Positions 38,201 through 51,790 of a stretch of 64,000 bases of DNA are shown here, in pieces. This stretch comes from Hemiscyllium ocellatum (taxonomy: Eukaryota), in the NCBI RefSeq assembly GCF_020745735.1, contig NC_083409.1:15347873-15411872 (forward strand). The letters are read 5' to 3'. The stretch's first letter is position 1. Each line of letters begins with the position of its first letter. The notes below the pieces were generated by a model. The model made no database searches, was not told where the DNA came from, and saw only the letters and a program-made list of their open reading frames with translations. A program made the translations under genes and the position numbers.

Positions 38201-38943
38201 CTGGTTATATTGCAGTTATTTCTGGTTCCTTGACTCTTATCCCATGTTGTGTTTGGTTTTATTATTTACCTTCCCCAGCAGTTTATGGAAGACCTAGGTG
38301 GCTTATTTGGCTACTTCAGACTGAAGAGCCAACCATGTTGCTGTGGGCTTGGAGACATATGGAGACCAGAACGGGTGGGGAAGACAGGTGTTCTTACATA
38401 AGGGATGGCAGAGTTTTCAAAGTGGTGACCCTGGGAAAGTGTTTGGTATTGCCAGGGGCATATGGGTGTTTTTAGTATTCATGGGATACCTTTTGGGAAG
38501 TTTATTATTTCCTATCTGTTTTCTGGAATGTTTTCAGTGTTGCTGGGGTGTCAGCATTTTAAAAATGTCCCTGAGAATGTGTTGGTATTTGGTATTTACA
38601 TGGACTCTCATGGAGGGTTTCAGCATTTATTGAGGCTCCCTGGCAGCGTGCTTTTAGAATCTTCATCCATGTGTTTGAATGTTTATTCAAATAGATGGGA
38701 ATAACTATTTGTAAAAATGGAATCATAGCAGATGAAAGAAATTTAAAATTCTCCATGACATTTTTCATTTTCCCAAACTAGATTTGTTGACTTTGCATTG
38801 AATCAACACTCTTGTGTAAATTAGGTCAAGATTCTTTTAAGCGATGTTTATTTCAGATATTTCTGGAAGTTTCCAAAGATGTCATCTTTGTTCCTAGACT
38901 TGAGTAAGGGTTGTGGTTTTTGTCCTAGCACCTAGTAGAATTT

Positions 38944-39212
38944 ATGATAGTGGAGGTGCTGGTGTTGCACTGGGGTGGACAAAGTTAAAAATCACACAAC
39001 ACCAGGTTGGAGTCCAGCAGGTTTACTTGGAAGTACTGTACTAGCTTTCAGAGTGCTTCTCCTTCATCAGGTGGTTGTCAAGCAGGATCATAAAACATAG
39101 GATCATATGATCCTGGTCCACAGCTACCTGATGAAGGAGCAGCACTCTGAAAACTAGTGCTTCCAATTAAACCTTTTGGACTATAACCTGGTGTTGTATG
39201 TTTTTTAACTCT
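38944..39212. mobile_element. Short element with two inverted hammerhead-bearing arms
   Basis: Arms about 38983-39075 and 39123-39210; 9-bp TSD gtagaattt. Confidence 0.75.
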
Positions 39213-40346
39213 GTAGAATTTCAGCAATATTTGGAGAGGAGTATCTTTTGGTTGTAGTGTACTGATGGTGTTTCGCCTCTGGTTTTCTTCAGTTTCTTCC
39301 TGTCAACTGATGTAAATTTCAGTCTCAGCAGTCTACTGGTTTCCTCATTCTGTTGCAGTATTTAGAGTTCTCAGACATGTGCAGTTTTGGCGCGGTTTCA
39401 CTTAATAGGCAGTCATCCCGATAACATGAGCCACCTTTTTGAACAGCAGTGGGCCTTGTAATGGTGGTAGGTGATTTGAGATTAAATAGAGCTACCAGTG
39501 ATGAAGGAGCAAGTCAGAGAGCGTGTGTGGAGGTGATGTGCCTAAGGTGCTGACTCATTTGTAGTGTCAGAAATATCTTTGAAGTTTTCAAGTTGGCAGG
39601 GTTAGTGTTTGAAAATGTCAGACTGTATCTGAACCCAGAAGTATCTAGAAAATGAAATGTGCCATCATAACCTTTTTAATGTAGAAAGATGATTATTCCT
39701 GTAAGGTGTTGACCCTGACCTCAATTTCTTTTTCTTGGAATGGAAATTAATTTTCTCAATTTTCTTCCCTGTTCTCCCTATTCTGACTGAGAATTTGGCC
39801 AAGTAATCACTTTTTTTTCTGAACCTTTATCATGTGTTGCCTGGCAAATTAGAGAAGGAATCAGAGGGCTGATTCATCCCACATGAGTGCACTTGGCAAA
39901 GGGGATTCACTGGATGGATTTTCTTCCCTTTTCTGCCGAAGTTGAAGCCGTTCCCTACAGCTTGGAGATTGATCAGTTGCAGAACACTTCAGCTCGGTGG
40001 TGTGTAACAATATCACAGTGTTGTGTGTAATCGTATAACAGGGCCTGTGTCTGTTGTCTGGTATTGATCTATGCAACTTCAGAAAAGAAAAGAAAACTTG
40101 TTTTAAATGGCACCGTTTACAATTATGGAAATTTCTTTATGTGACTTACAACCAGTGAACACTTTGTAGTTTATGAAATAGCAAATACAAAATACAATTT
40201 GAGCATATTAGGTTCATCAAAATAGCAAGTTGTTGAATAGGATAGTCTGTTGAAATAAACATTGACCAGAATGCTGAGGTCTTCTGCATCCGTCTCATCT
40301 GAAGGACACCATCAGTAAAATAGTGCAGTACACCCTCAGTACAGTA

Positions 40347-40566
40347 CAGGTCATTCTGCTATAACTTGTATTTCGTTAACACAAATTTGCTATAACACGA
40401 TCGACAAATTGGGGACATTGTTTCTAAAGCACGAACTCTGAAAACGTGTGTTGGCTGTAACCTGATTACATTGCGAAGACTTTAAGTGCTGTTTCTAAAA
40501 TGTGATTTTCCGATATCATGGGGGTTGGACAGCAATGCAACCATTATGTTATAGAAGAACTACCTG
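40347..40566. mobile_element. Tc1/mariner (Tigger-like) MITE
   Basis: Imperfect TIRs caggtcattctgctataac / gttatagaagaactacctg; TA on the left side. Confidence 0.75.
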
Positions 40567-40964
40567 GAGTGAAATGTCTGCCTGAGAGATCTGCTCAAAT
40601 CTCTGGTGGGATTTGAACCCACAATCTGCTGTCACAGGCTACACAACTGCTATCTGGTCAGTGACGGACCTTTCCTGCTCTTAAAATAAGTGGCACAGTT
40701 GTGATGAAATACCCTTTTGGTGTGGTGTGCACATTATATCATATTGCTCCCATTCTGATCCTCTTTATTTGTCTAAATCAATGGAGAACCAACTAATTTC
40801 CTGAATTATCAACCCTTCCACATATTCTCATGTCAATAACTTTTATTCATTGCCCTGAAGGCCTCAATTGATAGAGAACAGTGAAAGACCAAGCAGATGA
40901 TCAGACTTTATTGTTTAAAATATTAAATCTCTTTGATTTATAGGATATTTGATTAATCTACATG

Positions 40965-41124
40965 CAGAAGAGCCTCGATTATCTGGCATTCGATTATCTG
41001 AATTTCGGATCATCCAAAGTAGATCGTAAGATCCCGATGCTTGGCTAAACTGTATTATACAGCATTCAATTATCCAAACAAAACACTCCTTACCCATGTC
41101 GCTCGGGTAATCGAGGTTCCTCTG
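40965..41124. mobile_element. Tc1/mariner (Tigger-like) MITE
   Basis: TIRs cagaagagcctcgattatc / ggtaatcgaggttcctctg; TA on the right side. Confidence 0.75.
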
Positions 41125-43055
41125 TAAATTGTTCCATTGTTTTAATGTTGTGCTTCCTTGTGAATCTACATTATTACCTGAAAAGCACATGGCTGTTCTG
41201 GGTTGTGTTTAATTGTTTGCAGTGAACAGTACGTTCACAACAACATCAAGTGTCCCAAACTAATCGTCATCAAATTGATTTACCTTTCTCCCTCAGTTAT
41301 TTTTTAAAAATTGGAACTATCATTAAACCTTCAGAGTAGTCACAGCATATAACCGTGTGTCAGCTCTTTTCCAGTTCCTGATGAGAAACATCTCTGCCAT
41401 GACACAAGCCAACCTCTAACTTTACAGTCACTTTCAAATAAATGTTTGTTCGAACCATTCTTTGTTTCTGTATCAAAGGCATTTGCTGTAACAGGCAATA
41501 ATATTTGAAGAGCTCATTTATCCACCATTTTCCAAGGGTGGTTGGTGGAGGCTTTCCTTGGCTAATTCTCTTTATTTTCACCATATAAGGGAAGTTGACC
41601 TGCCAGACACAAATTGGGCATTTGTGTCTGAGCATAAGTTGGACTTTCTCTGCAGATTGCAGCTGCAGTAACATATCCCTATTGTGACCTTTTACCACCT
41701 GCTGTCGTTGCTTTATCAAACTCCCTGTTTGGTTATGTATATCTCATGTCGGAAAAGATTTCTATGCTGTGGCTGTCTGTGATTTTTGGACTCTTTGTCA
41801 CAGAGTGTCACAATCTATTTCTCTCTGTGACTCTCTGTGACTCTGTCTCAATCAGAATGACAAATGTTACAATGTATTTATTGCACATTTCTGATAAATA
41901 ATTTGTCTTGTGGAAAGGGAAGATGCATTTAACGTGAGGTGAACTGATAGAGTTGTGAAAAGAGGTCTGTCATGTAAGAAAAAAATGACAATCACGGTTT
42001 AATTTTACTAATGTCAGTAAATGACTATTAACCATTAATTTACAGAAATGGAACATTTACATTGTGAGAAGGAAGAGAGACGAGATAATGTAGGGACCAG
42101 GAAATGGGACTTGGCCAGATTAGCAGTTGTTTAATGAATGGTAGAGTCTCAGAAAAACAACCAAATATTTGCAGGGGCAAATATTTGGCCAAAGGACTGT
42201 TATAAAGAAAGAAATACTTACATCTAAATAGTGAGTTTTGTGGTTCTGGGGCATCTCAAAATAGCTCTCTGCCAATGAAGTACTTTTTGAATTTTGATCA
42301 TTGGTTCAAGGGAGGTATTGTGACGTCATAGTTCCAATTGTTCTGCCATAATAGCCACTTGGTGATCATGATAATCTGGATAATCAGATTCCCAGCAAAA
42401 ACAGCACAAAAACCAAAAGAGCTGCTGGAAATCTGAAACAAAAACAGAAATTGCTAGAAAAGCTCAGCAGGTCTGGTAGCATCTTTGGAAAGAAATCCGT
42501 GAACATTTCTGATTCAGTGACCTTTGTGGTTATGGGACATCTCAAAATGGCTCTCTGTGAATGAGGTATTTTTTGAATTCTGGTCATTGTTCCAAGGTAG
42601 GTATTATGATGCCATGGCTCAAATTGATATGGCAAAATAACCGGGGTACAAGGACTTGGGCTTCTGTTGATGGTTACTGACATTATTTGATTTTGGTTCT
42701 GGTGTACACACACAGATGCTCCTAGTTTGAACCTACAACTTACTACTTGCACATTCTTCACTGAAGCTACATATCTCTCAAGACTGGAGAACGTCCCACA
42801 CTGGTGAAGGATTTGATGCTCGATGTTGGTATACCAAGCAGAATTCAATTGTTTATACAAAATGTTGTACTTTATTATCATTAAATAATGTCTACTTAAT
42901 TTTACTTTTTTTGACCAAATGTCGTAATGCAAATAAACATTGAAAATTCAAATCCAAAATAAATATTTGAGTTTCTGATTGCAAGCTTGTAATGTAATCT
43001 AAGCTGAATCTGAAAATCTGTGTTGTTGATTATCTTTGCTTTGCTTTTGTTTTAG

Positions 43056-43142
43056 GTGAGCTGTCAAGTTGTGGAGTAGAACATCTAACAAGTCAGTCCT
43101 ACTAAATCAGAGACTGATAAAGAGTCGAAGTACGAGACAAAG
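43056..43142 (+). pseudogene. CEP350: CEP350-like start exon, distal copy (TTG start, phase 2)
   Basis: tttag acceptor, 13 nt UTR, TTG-WSRTSNKSVLLNQRLIKSRSTRQ, gtacag donor. Confidence 0.65.
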
Positions 43143-44131
43143 GTACAGTGGTGCTGATTTGCAAACTACTCCAGTTAGTTGTAGTGCCTTCAATCACTGT
43201 TGTGGTGACTATTGGGTCGAGTCATCAATACTGTGTGGCGGATTAGAGATCATTTGATCCTATCGCCAAAGGACCATTATAAAGAAAGAAATATTTACAT
43301 TTAAATTTGTGGTTATGGGACATCTCAAAATGGCTCTCTGCCAATGAAGTATTTTTTGAATTCTGGTCATTGTTACAAGGGAGGTATGATGATGTCATGG
43401 CTCCGATTGTTATGACATAATAACCAGTTGATGTTAGTACTGGATAATCAGATCCCCAGCAAAACCTTGATTGAATATACAGCACAAAAACCAAAAAAAC
43501 TGCTGGAAATCTGAAACAAAAAAAAAATTGCTGGCAAGCTCAGTAGGTCTGGCAGCATCTGTGGAGAGAAATCCTTTAACATTTCTGGTTCAGTGATCTT
43601 TATTATTATGGGACAGCACAAAATGGCTCTCTGCAAATGAGGTATTTTTTGAATTCTGGTCATTGTTCCAAAGGAGTATTATGATGTTGCGTGTTGTGGC
43701 TCCAATTGTTATGTAATAAAAGCCAGGAGAACACGGGCTTGGGCTTCTGTTGATGCTTACTGACATTATTTGATTGTGGTTCTGGTGTATACACACACAG
43801 ATGCTGTAGTTTGAACTTACTACTTAATTCTTTTACATTCCTCACTGAAGCTAATTTATCTCTCAGGACTGGAGAACGTCCCACACTGGTGAAGGATTTG
43901 ATTGTGCTGTAAGGCTCAACATTGGTATACAAAGCAGATTTCAATTGTTTATACAAAATGTTGTATTTCATTATCATTAAATAATGTCAACTTAATATTA
44001 TTGTTTTTGACCAAATTGAAAATCCAAATCCAAAATAAGTATTCGAGTTTCTGATTGCAAGCTTGTAATGAAATCGAATCTGAATCTGAAAATCTGTGTT
44101 GTTGATTATCTTTGCTTTGCTTTTGTTTTAG

Positions 44132-44217
44132 GTGAGCTGACAAGTTGTGGAGTCAAACATCTAACAAGTCAGTCCTACTAAATCAGAGACTGATAAAGAT
44201 TCAAAATACGAGGCAAG
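44132..44217 (+). pseudogene. CEP350: CEP350-like start exon, proximal copy (TTG start, phase 1)
   Basis: 24 codons plus 1 nt, equal to recalled human MRSSK...DTVQ length; gtagag donor. Confidence 0.7.
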
Positions 44218-45861
44218 GTAGAGTGGTGCTGATTTGCAAACCATTCCAGTTAGTTGTAGTGCCTTCAATCACTGTTGTGGTGACTATTGGGTCGAGTCAT
44301 CAATGCTGTGTGGCGGATTAGAGATCATTTGATCCTAAGGCCAGTGGACTGTCATAGAGAAAGAAATATTTACATTTAAATCAGGAGTTTTGTGGTTATG
44401 GGATATCTCAAAATGGCTCTCTACCAATGAAGTATTTTTTGAATTCTGGTCATTGTTACAAGGGAGGTATTATGATGTCGGGCTCTGATTGTTATGACAT
44501 AATAGCCAGTTGATGTTAGTACTGGATAATCAGATCCCCAGCAAAACCTTGATTGAATATACAGCACAAAAACCAAAAGAACTGCTGGAAATCTGAAACA
44601 AAAAAAAAATTGCTGGAAAGCCTCAGAAGGTCTGGCAGCATCTGTGGAGAGAAATCCGTAATCATTTCTGGTTCAGCGATCCTTCCTCTGAACACTGCAA
44701 CAATAACTTTTATTTCTCTACATGTTGTGAGGAAGAGTCACTGCTCCTGAAATGTTAACTGATTTCTCTCTACAGATGCTGCCAGACCTACTAAGCCTTT
44801 CCTGCCATGTCTGTTTGAAGATACAGTAAATGTTTTATTAACTGTCACCAATGGGACCAGGAGCGCTGGTTGATCAAATATTCCAGTGTCAAACAGACTG
44901 ACATAATCAATGCTTAGTAATAGAAACCTAATGCAGGGGTATACACATCACTTTATTTGTCGTATATCTCACTGAATCAAGCATGCACATTTGCCTTAAA
45001 TAAAACTTAATGGCAGAGTGCCTTCTCACTTGCAGCCTCAACTGACTACTCTGACACCATGAAAATGCGGTGACCTTCGAGTATTTCAGGTGTATAATTT
45101 TTGTTGGTTTATTAAGAGCAACAGTTCATAAAGTGCTGTCCCATGATTGTTTTTGGCTGCCTGGTTGAATTACTAGCACATATTGCAGTTCACCATCTAC
45201 ATTGCACAATTCAGTAGTGTGATGGAATACTTTCAACTTGCCTGGATGAGTGCAGATCTGGTAATACTGAAGAAGCTTGACACTATTTGGGACAGAACAG
45301 CTGAGGGCTAACACCACATGCACAAACCTGCACTTCCTCCACCTTCAACACTCAGCACCAATCTGTACCATTTGCTCAATACACTTACAGAAGCTCTCTA
45401 AGACTGACAGGGTGGCACCTTCCAAAACCATTCCAAAACTTTAATTCCATGCTGTACATTTCTACACATTCTATCTTCTGCATCATCGCCCTGCTCGCTT
45501 ATCACCCTCTTGTTACTTAATTTCATTCTCTGCCTTAACCCAGTCCTTCAGTTTCAATGTTCCTATGGACAGATTTGTTTGTGGCTCCCGTTTACTTTTC
45601 CAACTCTTTTCTGCCCTGCCCTCCCTCCATATCTCAGGTCATTCTGTCTGCTGAACATTTTAGCTCCATACTTCCCAGTCTCACCCTGACATTTCCTGCT
45701 TCTTAGCTCCCAGTTTCCCTCAAAATATATGTTTGACACCCTGCATGTTTTCTAGTTCCCCTTTGATTCCTGCCTGGCTCTATCCTAAGAGTTTTTACTG
45801 CAGGAAACATACTATTTTAACTTGCATTGTGTTTGATTCATTATTTTTCTTTCATCCCAAG

Positions 45862-45976
45862 TTGTAGCACATAGAAAACAGGCTTGAAGCTGTACCCACC
45901 ACTACTGCAGTGACAGACACAGTGATGGATACTAAGAAAGCTTTGAGCAGTGCTACTCAAAAAATTAGCGGACTGG
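45862..45976 (+). CDS. CEP350: CEP350-like exon with TAG at codon 2; in-frame ATG at 45925
   Basis: L*HIENRLEAVPTTTAVTDTVMDTKKALSSATQKISGL versus recalled LRHIENKLEVAPTSTAVCDSVMDTKKSSTSATRKISRK; gtaagt donor. Confidence 0.9.
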
Positions 45977-46503
45977 GTAAGTGGAAGGAATACAAAATGA
46001 ATTGTTCATGGTAATTAGATCAACAGTTACTCTTGACCTCATGCTGGCCATTGTTAATCAGATAAAAGTAGTAACCCTGGTGAAATTAAGTTAAGTGGTC
46101 GAGGGTCATGCACTTACATTTTGCAGTGTTTTGAAAGCATTTGCAACAGAGACTGAGGCTATGGAATCTTTTCCTTCTCTCTAATTTATGGAGCTTCATT
46201 GGTAAGGCTTAGCAGGCAAAGTCAACCCTCCATTCCCTTCCTGAAGTGGTCATCTCCCGCTTCCATCTGTGTCAACACCTGTTGCCCATTGCAGATTCCC
46301 CCCAAATGTCTGGTTTATCACTTTGTGCTGGTGCACAGAATTTGAGGAGGTGGGCGAGAAGAATTAACTTAGCATCTATCTCTTCTATATTCTGACAGCA
46401 ACAGTTTAAGAGAAACTTGTGCTTACTAACCAATCCCATTGATTGTGATAATGGAATGCATGCTCCTTTTTTACTTCTTAAACTTTGTTTCTATTTCTAT
46501 CAG

Positions 46504-46675
46504 ATGGAAGGTATCTGGAGGATTCTGAAGCCAGTGCTACATCTGTCAAGTCCAGTAGTCGCAGCAAATCACGGAAGGTCAACACCTCCCGCAGTCCCTT
46601 GCGATCTACCACCCTGGAAAGTAACATTATGAAGAGCAGTCGAGATGAATTCAGAGATCCATTAACTGCATATAG
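46504..46675 (+). CDS. CEP350: CEP350-like exon
   Basis: DGRYLEDS...SRSPLRSTTLESNIMKSSRDEFRDPLTAY; phase 1 to 2. Confidence 0.93.
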
Positions 46676-48627
46676 GTATGACCAGACGTATGTACCTTCT
46701 GTCGGTCACTTTCTGTTATCAATTCCAGAAGCTGTGCATATATTAGAAACAACCAATACCTGCTTGACAGCTTATAGTTGCACTCTTCTGACACTCAAAT
46801 CACAACAGAGTCAACAGTGGCAGGATAGATACATAGAGGATCCCAGGCTTCAGAATGCTTGTTCTTTCACGCATAATCTCATCCGAGGGTGTAATTTTAA
46901 AGATCTTGCACACAAACATTTTCTGTGCTTATGACTTTTTACAATGTGTTACAACTTGTGTACAAATTGACTTGCAGATGCACTCTAGAACAGAAACCAT
47001 TTGTAAACTGGGGTCTGCCAGTAACCTGAAACATGGGCACAATTTCAAATATGGAATAATAATAATAAAACGTGGTTACAAGAATCCTTTGCCGTGTAGC
47101 CCACCTTAGTTGATTCTATTTGTTTTTTATTCAATGCTCACTGCTCTGTGAAACCAACTATTAATGGAGATACGTTAGTGAAGCTCAGTCTTGTGCAGTA
47201 TTTAGATCATCATCAGTTCATCAGAGCCATTAAGCTTTTATAAATTGGGACTGGAGTACAAAAATGAATGATGTTAAACCATCACAAATTACTGGTTAAG
47301 CTACAGTTAGAATGTTGTCCCCAGTATTGGGAACCCTAATTCAGGAAGGACTTCAAGGCTGTGCACAGGAACCAGAAAGTGTTAACTTGACATTCGCTGA
47401 TTATAGTAATCAAGAGAGATTCGATAAGTTGCTGATCATTTTGATTGAACAGTGGTTCAGAGGAGACCTCAAACCTGGTCAGGATGTTGGAAGAACTGCT
47501 TCTTCTGGTGGAAGAGACAGTAAGTAGATGGAAAATACAAGGTGAAGTTATGGAAGTCATCAAATTAATAAAGTTACAGACTGTCATCGGTATCATGTTT
47601 CATTTAAAGGGGAGGCGATGGGCGAGTGGTATTAGTGCCACGTAAATAATCCAGATACTCAGTACATTTTAGTAAGCCTACACTGGATAGGTCAGGCAGC
47701 ATCAAAGGAGCAGGAGAATTGACGTTTCCAGCATAAGCCCTTCTTCAGATTTATGCCCGAAACGTCAATTCTCCTGCTCCTTTGATGCTGCCTGACCTGC
47801 TGTGCTTTTCCAGCAACACATTTTGCAGCTCTGATCTCCAGCATCTGCAGTCCTCACTTTCTCCTGCACTGGATAGTCCAACATATGTTGAGCTGGGGTG
47901 AATTCTCCTTGCTGCTCATAGAAATTGGGTTCTTGGCATTTTTTGGACTTCATCAAGGGGAAATTGTCATCAGTGAGCGTTTGTTTTATGTAGTGTATGT
48001 GATTTTGGAAATCTTCAGCTCTTGTATAATTGTGTGCTGTCTGCTGATGTGCATGTGATGTCGTTGTCCTTTATTTTTCCTCTGGCATCCCAGAGAGCTA
48101 CCAGCCATACGGTGGCTAGTGTGATGGTAGTCACTGATGAATCCTCTTGATGACTCAAATGGACTGGTAAACCCAAAGGACCTTTGAGGCCTTGGCGAGT
48201 ATGTTGCAAAGCTGTTGTCTGGGTTGTCAGGTTTGGCAGGTTCATCAGCCTTTAGGCTGCTGTGTTCAGTCAGTACATTGTTGTTTAAATTTAAGAGTGG
48301 GAATGGTATTGTAGAAGATTGGCTTTTGGGAATAGTAGAGGGAACATGGGCCCATCCAGTAAGGATGGCTGTTTATCCTCAGGAAGGGCTTGTGCCGGAA
48401 TCATGGATTCTCCTCTTTGGATGCTGCCTGACATGCTGTGCTTTTCCAGTGCCACACTTTTCGACTCTGTTTATCCCTAATGCAGACTAAATCCTACAGA
48501 TTGTTTAAAGCAGAGCTTCAGCAAACAGATACTTGATGGCATGAAATCTGCAGTGTTAAATGGTTTAAGTGATGTCTCATTTTGGCAGTTGTCAACATTT
48601 GTGATTGTGTAAATTTTGTGCTTTCAG

Positions 48628-48836
48628 TGCTCACGGGAAGTCATCAAAGAAAAGCACAAGCTCTTCATTGTTCCATTCCACTGTGAGTTCCATGTCTCAG
48701 AGCCCTTTTCAGAATGACGCAGAGACAACATCCAGAGAGGGGACAAGGCAGCTGCGTACTACTACCTCCACACCTTCACCTTCTCTAGTCGACATCAGTG
48801 TTACTGCAGCCAGGCCCTCCACATCCTCTGCTGCAG
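48628..48836 (+). CDS. CEP350: CEP350-like exon (Ser/Thr-rich)
   Basis: tttcag acceptor, gttgga donor, phase 2 to 1 fits neighbours; weak similarity to recalled VSVSSDKGRSQKTP region. Confidence 0.72.
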
Positions 48837-49736
48837 GTTGGAACTCTCGGAATCATGTTTTCTGTAACTGTCATTGGTTTGTCCTAACCGTCCCCATTGG
48901 AGTAGTTTTTAAAAAAAATAAAACCCTGAGTAAGTAGACAACCAAGGTGAAGTGACAGGCATCGGGATGACTGGATGAAATGGTGAGGTGCCACGTGACG
49001 TGGAAGCAGGTGCTTTTCCATTCAAGTGGTCGGATCCTGTCTGAGGAACATTAAGCAGAAGTAGGCTATTCAGCCTGTTGAGCCAGCCCCTGTCATTCAG
49101 TACAATCATGGCTGATCAGTGCTTCAGTATCGTTTTAGCCACCCTGTTCCCATCACCCTGTACACTATTGGAAATCAAATCCGTCAATTTTTACATAAAA
49201 CATACTTGATGACTATGCTTTCACAACTCTCTGTGGCAGTGAACTCCAAAAGATTCATGACCCTGAAGTAACAACAGAATTATCATCAGCTCAGACTTAT
49301 GACATGGTCTCACTTATAAGTTGTCCCGCCAGTCCTAGACTCCCCAACGGGGGAAACGTTACCTACATCTACCTTTTAAGTATTTTGTAGATTTCAATGA
49401 AATCAATTCAAAATGCTGGAGAATGCAGGTCCAGTTTTCCCAATCTCTCTCCATGAGAATGTCCTAGAAACAAGTCTGGTGAACCTTTGTTGCATTCCTG
49501 ATCATTCACCAGGACCCAAATACAATGATTGGGTTTGGATTTTCCGCACGCTTTGCTATTTGTTTTATCCTGTGAATCTCATGAAAATTTCAATGTCTTG
49601 TCCCTTGTCGTTTTTTACGCAGTTCCCGAACTTGTTTTGAATCCTGGAGAGGCGTGCAGTTAACCCTTATAATCCCAATGCATTATTGAACTAATTGTAA
49701 AAGTTGGAATTACACTTTTCACTTTCGTTATTGCAG

Positions 49737-49900
49737 CCTCGATGCTCAGCTCCCCACCAAGTATCCAACACCACATGACTGCTCAACACACTTACTTGGA
49801 TGCTATGGAAGAGTCCATCCGTCAGCTATCGGAGATAGACATGACCCGGGGAATGGCCTTTGCTCAACAAGAGACTGTGTCGTTGGCTCAGATCCTAAAG
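49737..49900 (+). CDS. CEP350: CEP350-like exon
   Basis: MTAQHTYLDAMEESIRQLSEIDMTRGMAFAQQETVSLAQILK. Confidence 0.95.
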
Positions 49901-50436
49901 GTACGGGTCTATGCCTTGTGCTCCTTCAGAAATGGTTTTGTGAAATTGTCTTAAGTGATAATTGCACTCATTTTCCAAACCAGGCAACATTCTGAGCAAT
50001 GTTCTTCAGTTAAATCAGGCAAAACAAAGATTATTCCAAAACTAGAGATTAAATTTACTTACCCTTGGGTTGTGATTTAGGACAATGCCTGATCGTAAAT
50101 GTGCAGATATTAGCATCGAACCTGCGCATGACTGCACTTTCCAAGTTGACTGATAGAAGCAGGGCAAACTTGCCAAGTTTTCAAGAATTTTCAGCTTTCT
50201 AAAATTTGAGCCATTACGATGAGATTTATGAGAAAATGTTTTTTATTTATAAAGTTGCAATATTAAAATTAATTGATTAAAATCTTGTCATTTGTTACTC
50301 TTAAGATTTTGATGCCTTTGCATTTCAATTGTTACTCTCTCTCTCTGGACACTGCAAATTTAAATACCAGTTTTTCACAGAGCAGAGCAGTGGAATGTAG
50401 AGTGATGGTTCCTATTTAATCTTTGTTTGTGTCCAG

Positions 50437-50547
50437 GCCCAACAGCTGAGCCATGAGCACGACATAGCCCTGCTGAAGCTGAAGGCCGAGCAGGAAGCTG
50501 CTGCAAGTCAGAGGCAGCTAGAGGAGGCCAGACAGAAAGCTGTACAG
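50437..50547 (+). CDS. CEP350: CEP350-like exon
   Basis: AQQLSHEHDIALLKLKAEQEAAASQRQLEEARQKAVQ. Confidence 0.95.
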
Positions 50548-51589
50548 GTACTTGAACATGTAACAGGTGTCTGGAAATGCAAATAATTCAGTGTTGACTG
50601 CTTCTCACCGTGCAATAAGAATAAACAAATTATAATTATAAAGTGCCTTTAACATTGAAGCCAAACCTCTCCCCACCCATGCCCTGTTCTGTTCCACCGC
50701 TAAACTGCCCCACTCAACAAAAGCACATTATGAAGATGTCATCATGAAAATCAATGACAGGCCCAGACCATGGGGACAGGAGAAGGTACAGTTTTAGAAG
50801 CAAAAACATAGTTTGCTGGTGACATTCAGCAGCATCTGTGGGAAGAAAGAAGAGTTAACATTTCAGAGATTCTTTAGAAAACCTGGACAGATTGTAAGAC
50901 CTTAAGGAGTGAATTCTAAAGACTGAGACACACAACTTGATGGAGTGGGGTTGAACAAGATGACATCAGGAATGTAGATGATGAGGGAGGTTATAGAGCT
51001 GGAGCAGGTTACAGGAATGGGACAAAAGGAGGTCATGCTGACTTTGATTTGGGTGAGTAAGTTTGGAAGGTTGCAGGTTCCTGTGTTTTTACCTCTTGGA
51101 ATTCTGTATCTTAAGAGTCAGAAATCTTAATCAAAATAATCCTTGCTATTGTTCTTAGTTACCTGCGCAAGCTTGCTCCTGTGATTTAATGCCTTAATGA
51201 CAAATCGTGAATTTGCATTCTGTAATTCTGGTGATCTCGAGGTGGGCCATAAAGGCCTGCTTGCTGGCATAGTCCTCAACCCAAGAACAATTCAAAAAAA
51301 GGCTGCAGTCTATTTTAGTGTCTGATTGACAGTGGCTCCTTCAACTATTGACCATCCAGGCACTGACATTTGTTTACTGAACCTGAATGTGTCTCTGACT
51401 TTCTTCAAGAAGCTCCTTAAAAACTATGTTTTATCTGAGCACTTCTTATGTGGCTACTTGTCATATTCTGTAATCATGTTCCTGTCAACATCCATGGGAT
51501 GTTATAGTATAAAGGTGTGATACAAATGTCAGTTTATCTCATTGTGAATGCAGCTGCCTCTGAATGAAAACATTTTTGTTTCAAGCCCC

Positions 51590-51790
51590 ATGCTTCGACT
51601 TGAACGTAAGCCGACCATACGCACTCAATCTAGAGCAGGACTGCTGCATTCTTAGAGATGACACCTTTCAGGCAAGACGTTAAAGCAAGTTCCCATCTTC
51701 TATTCCAGTGGATAGAGAAGATCCATTTTAATACTTGAAGAAGTCTAAGGGAGTTCTCCTGTTATTCTGCTCAATATGAATTCCTCACTA
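51590..51790 (+). mobile_element. Deu-domain SINE relic
   Basis: ttcaagcccca...gacgttaaa...gaagaag...gggagttctcc. Confidence 0.55.

Larger units (their letters stand above)
42189..44680 (+). repeat. Tandem repeat of about 1076 bp, about 2.3 copies
   Basis: Unit starts at 42189, 43266 and 44341; each unit has SINE fragments, and the two complete units carry the CEP350 start exon. Confidence 0.92.

Noticed and set aside
39861-40076. Minus-strand ORF with charged stretch
   Set aside because: No donor and no recognisable homology
45036-45069. Candidate for the missing small CEP350 exon
   Set aside because: 34 nt, wrong end phase, weak donor, little similarity
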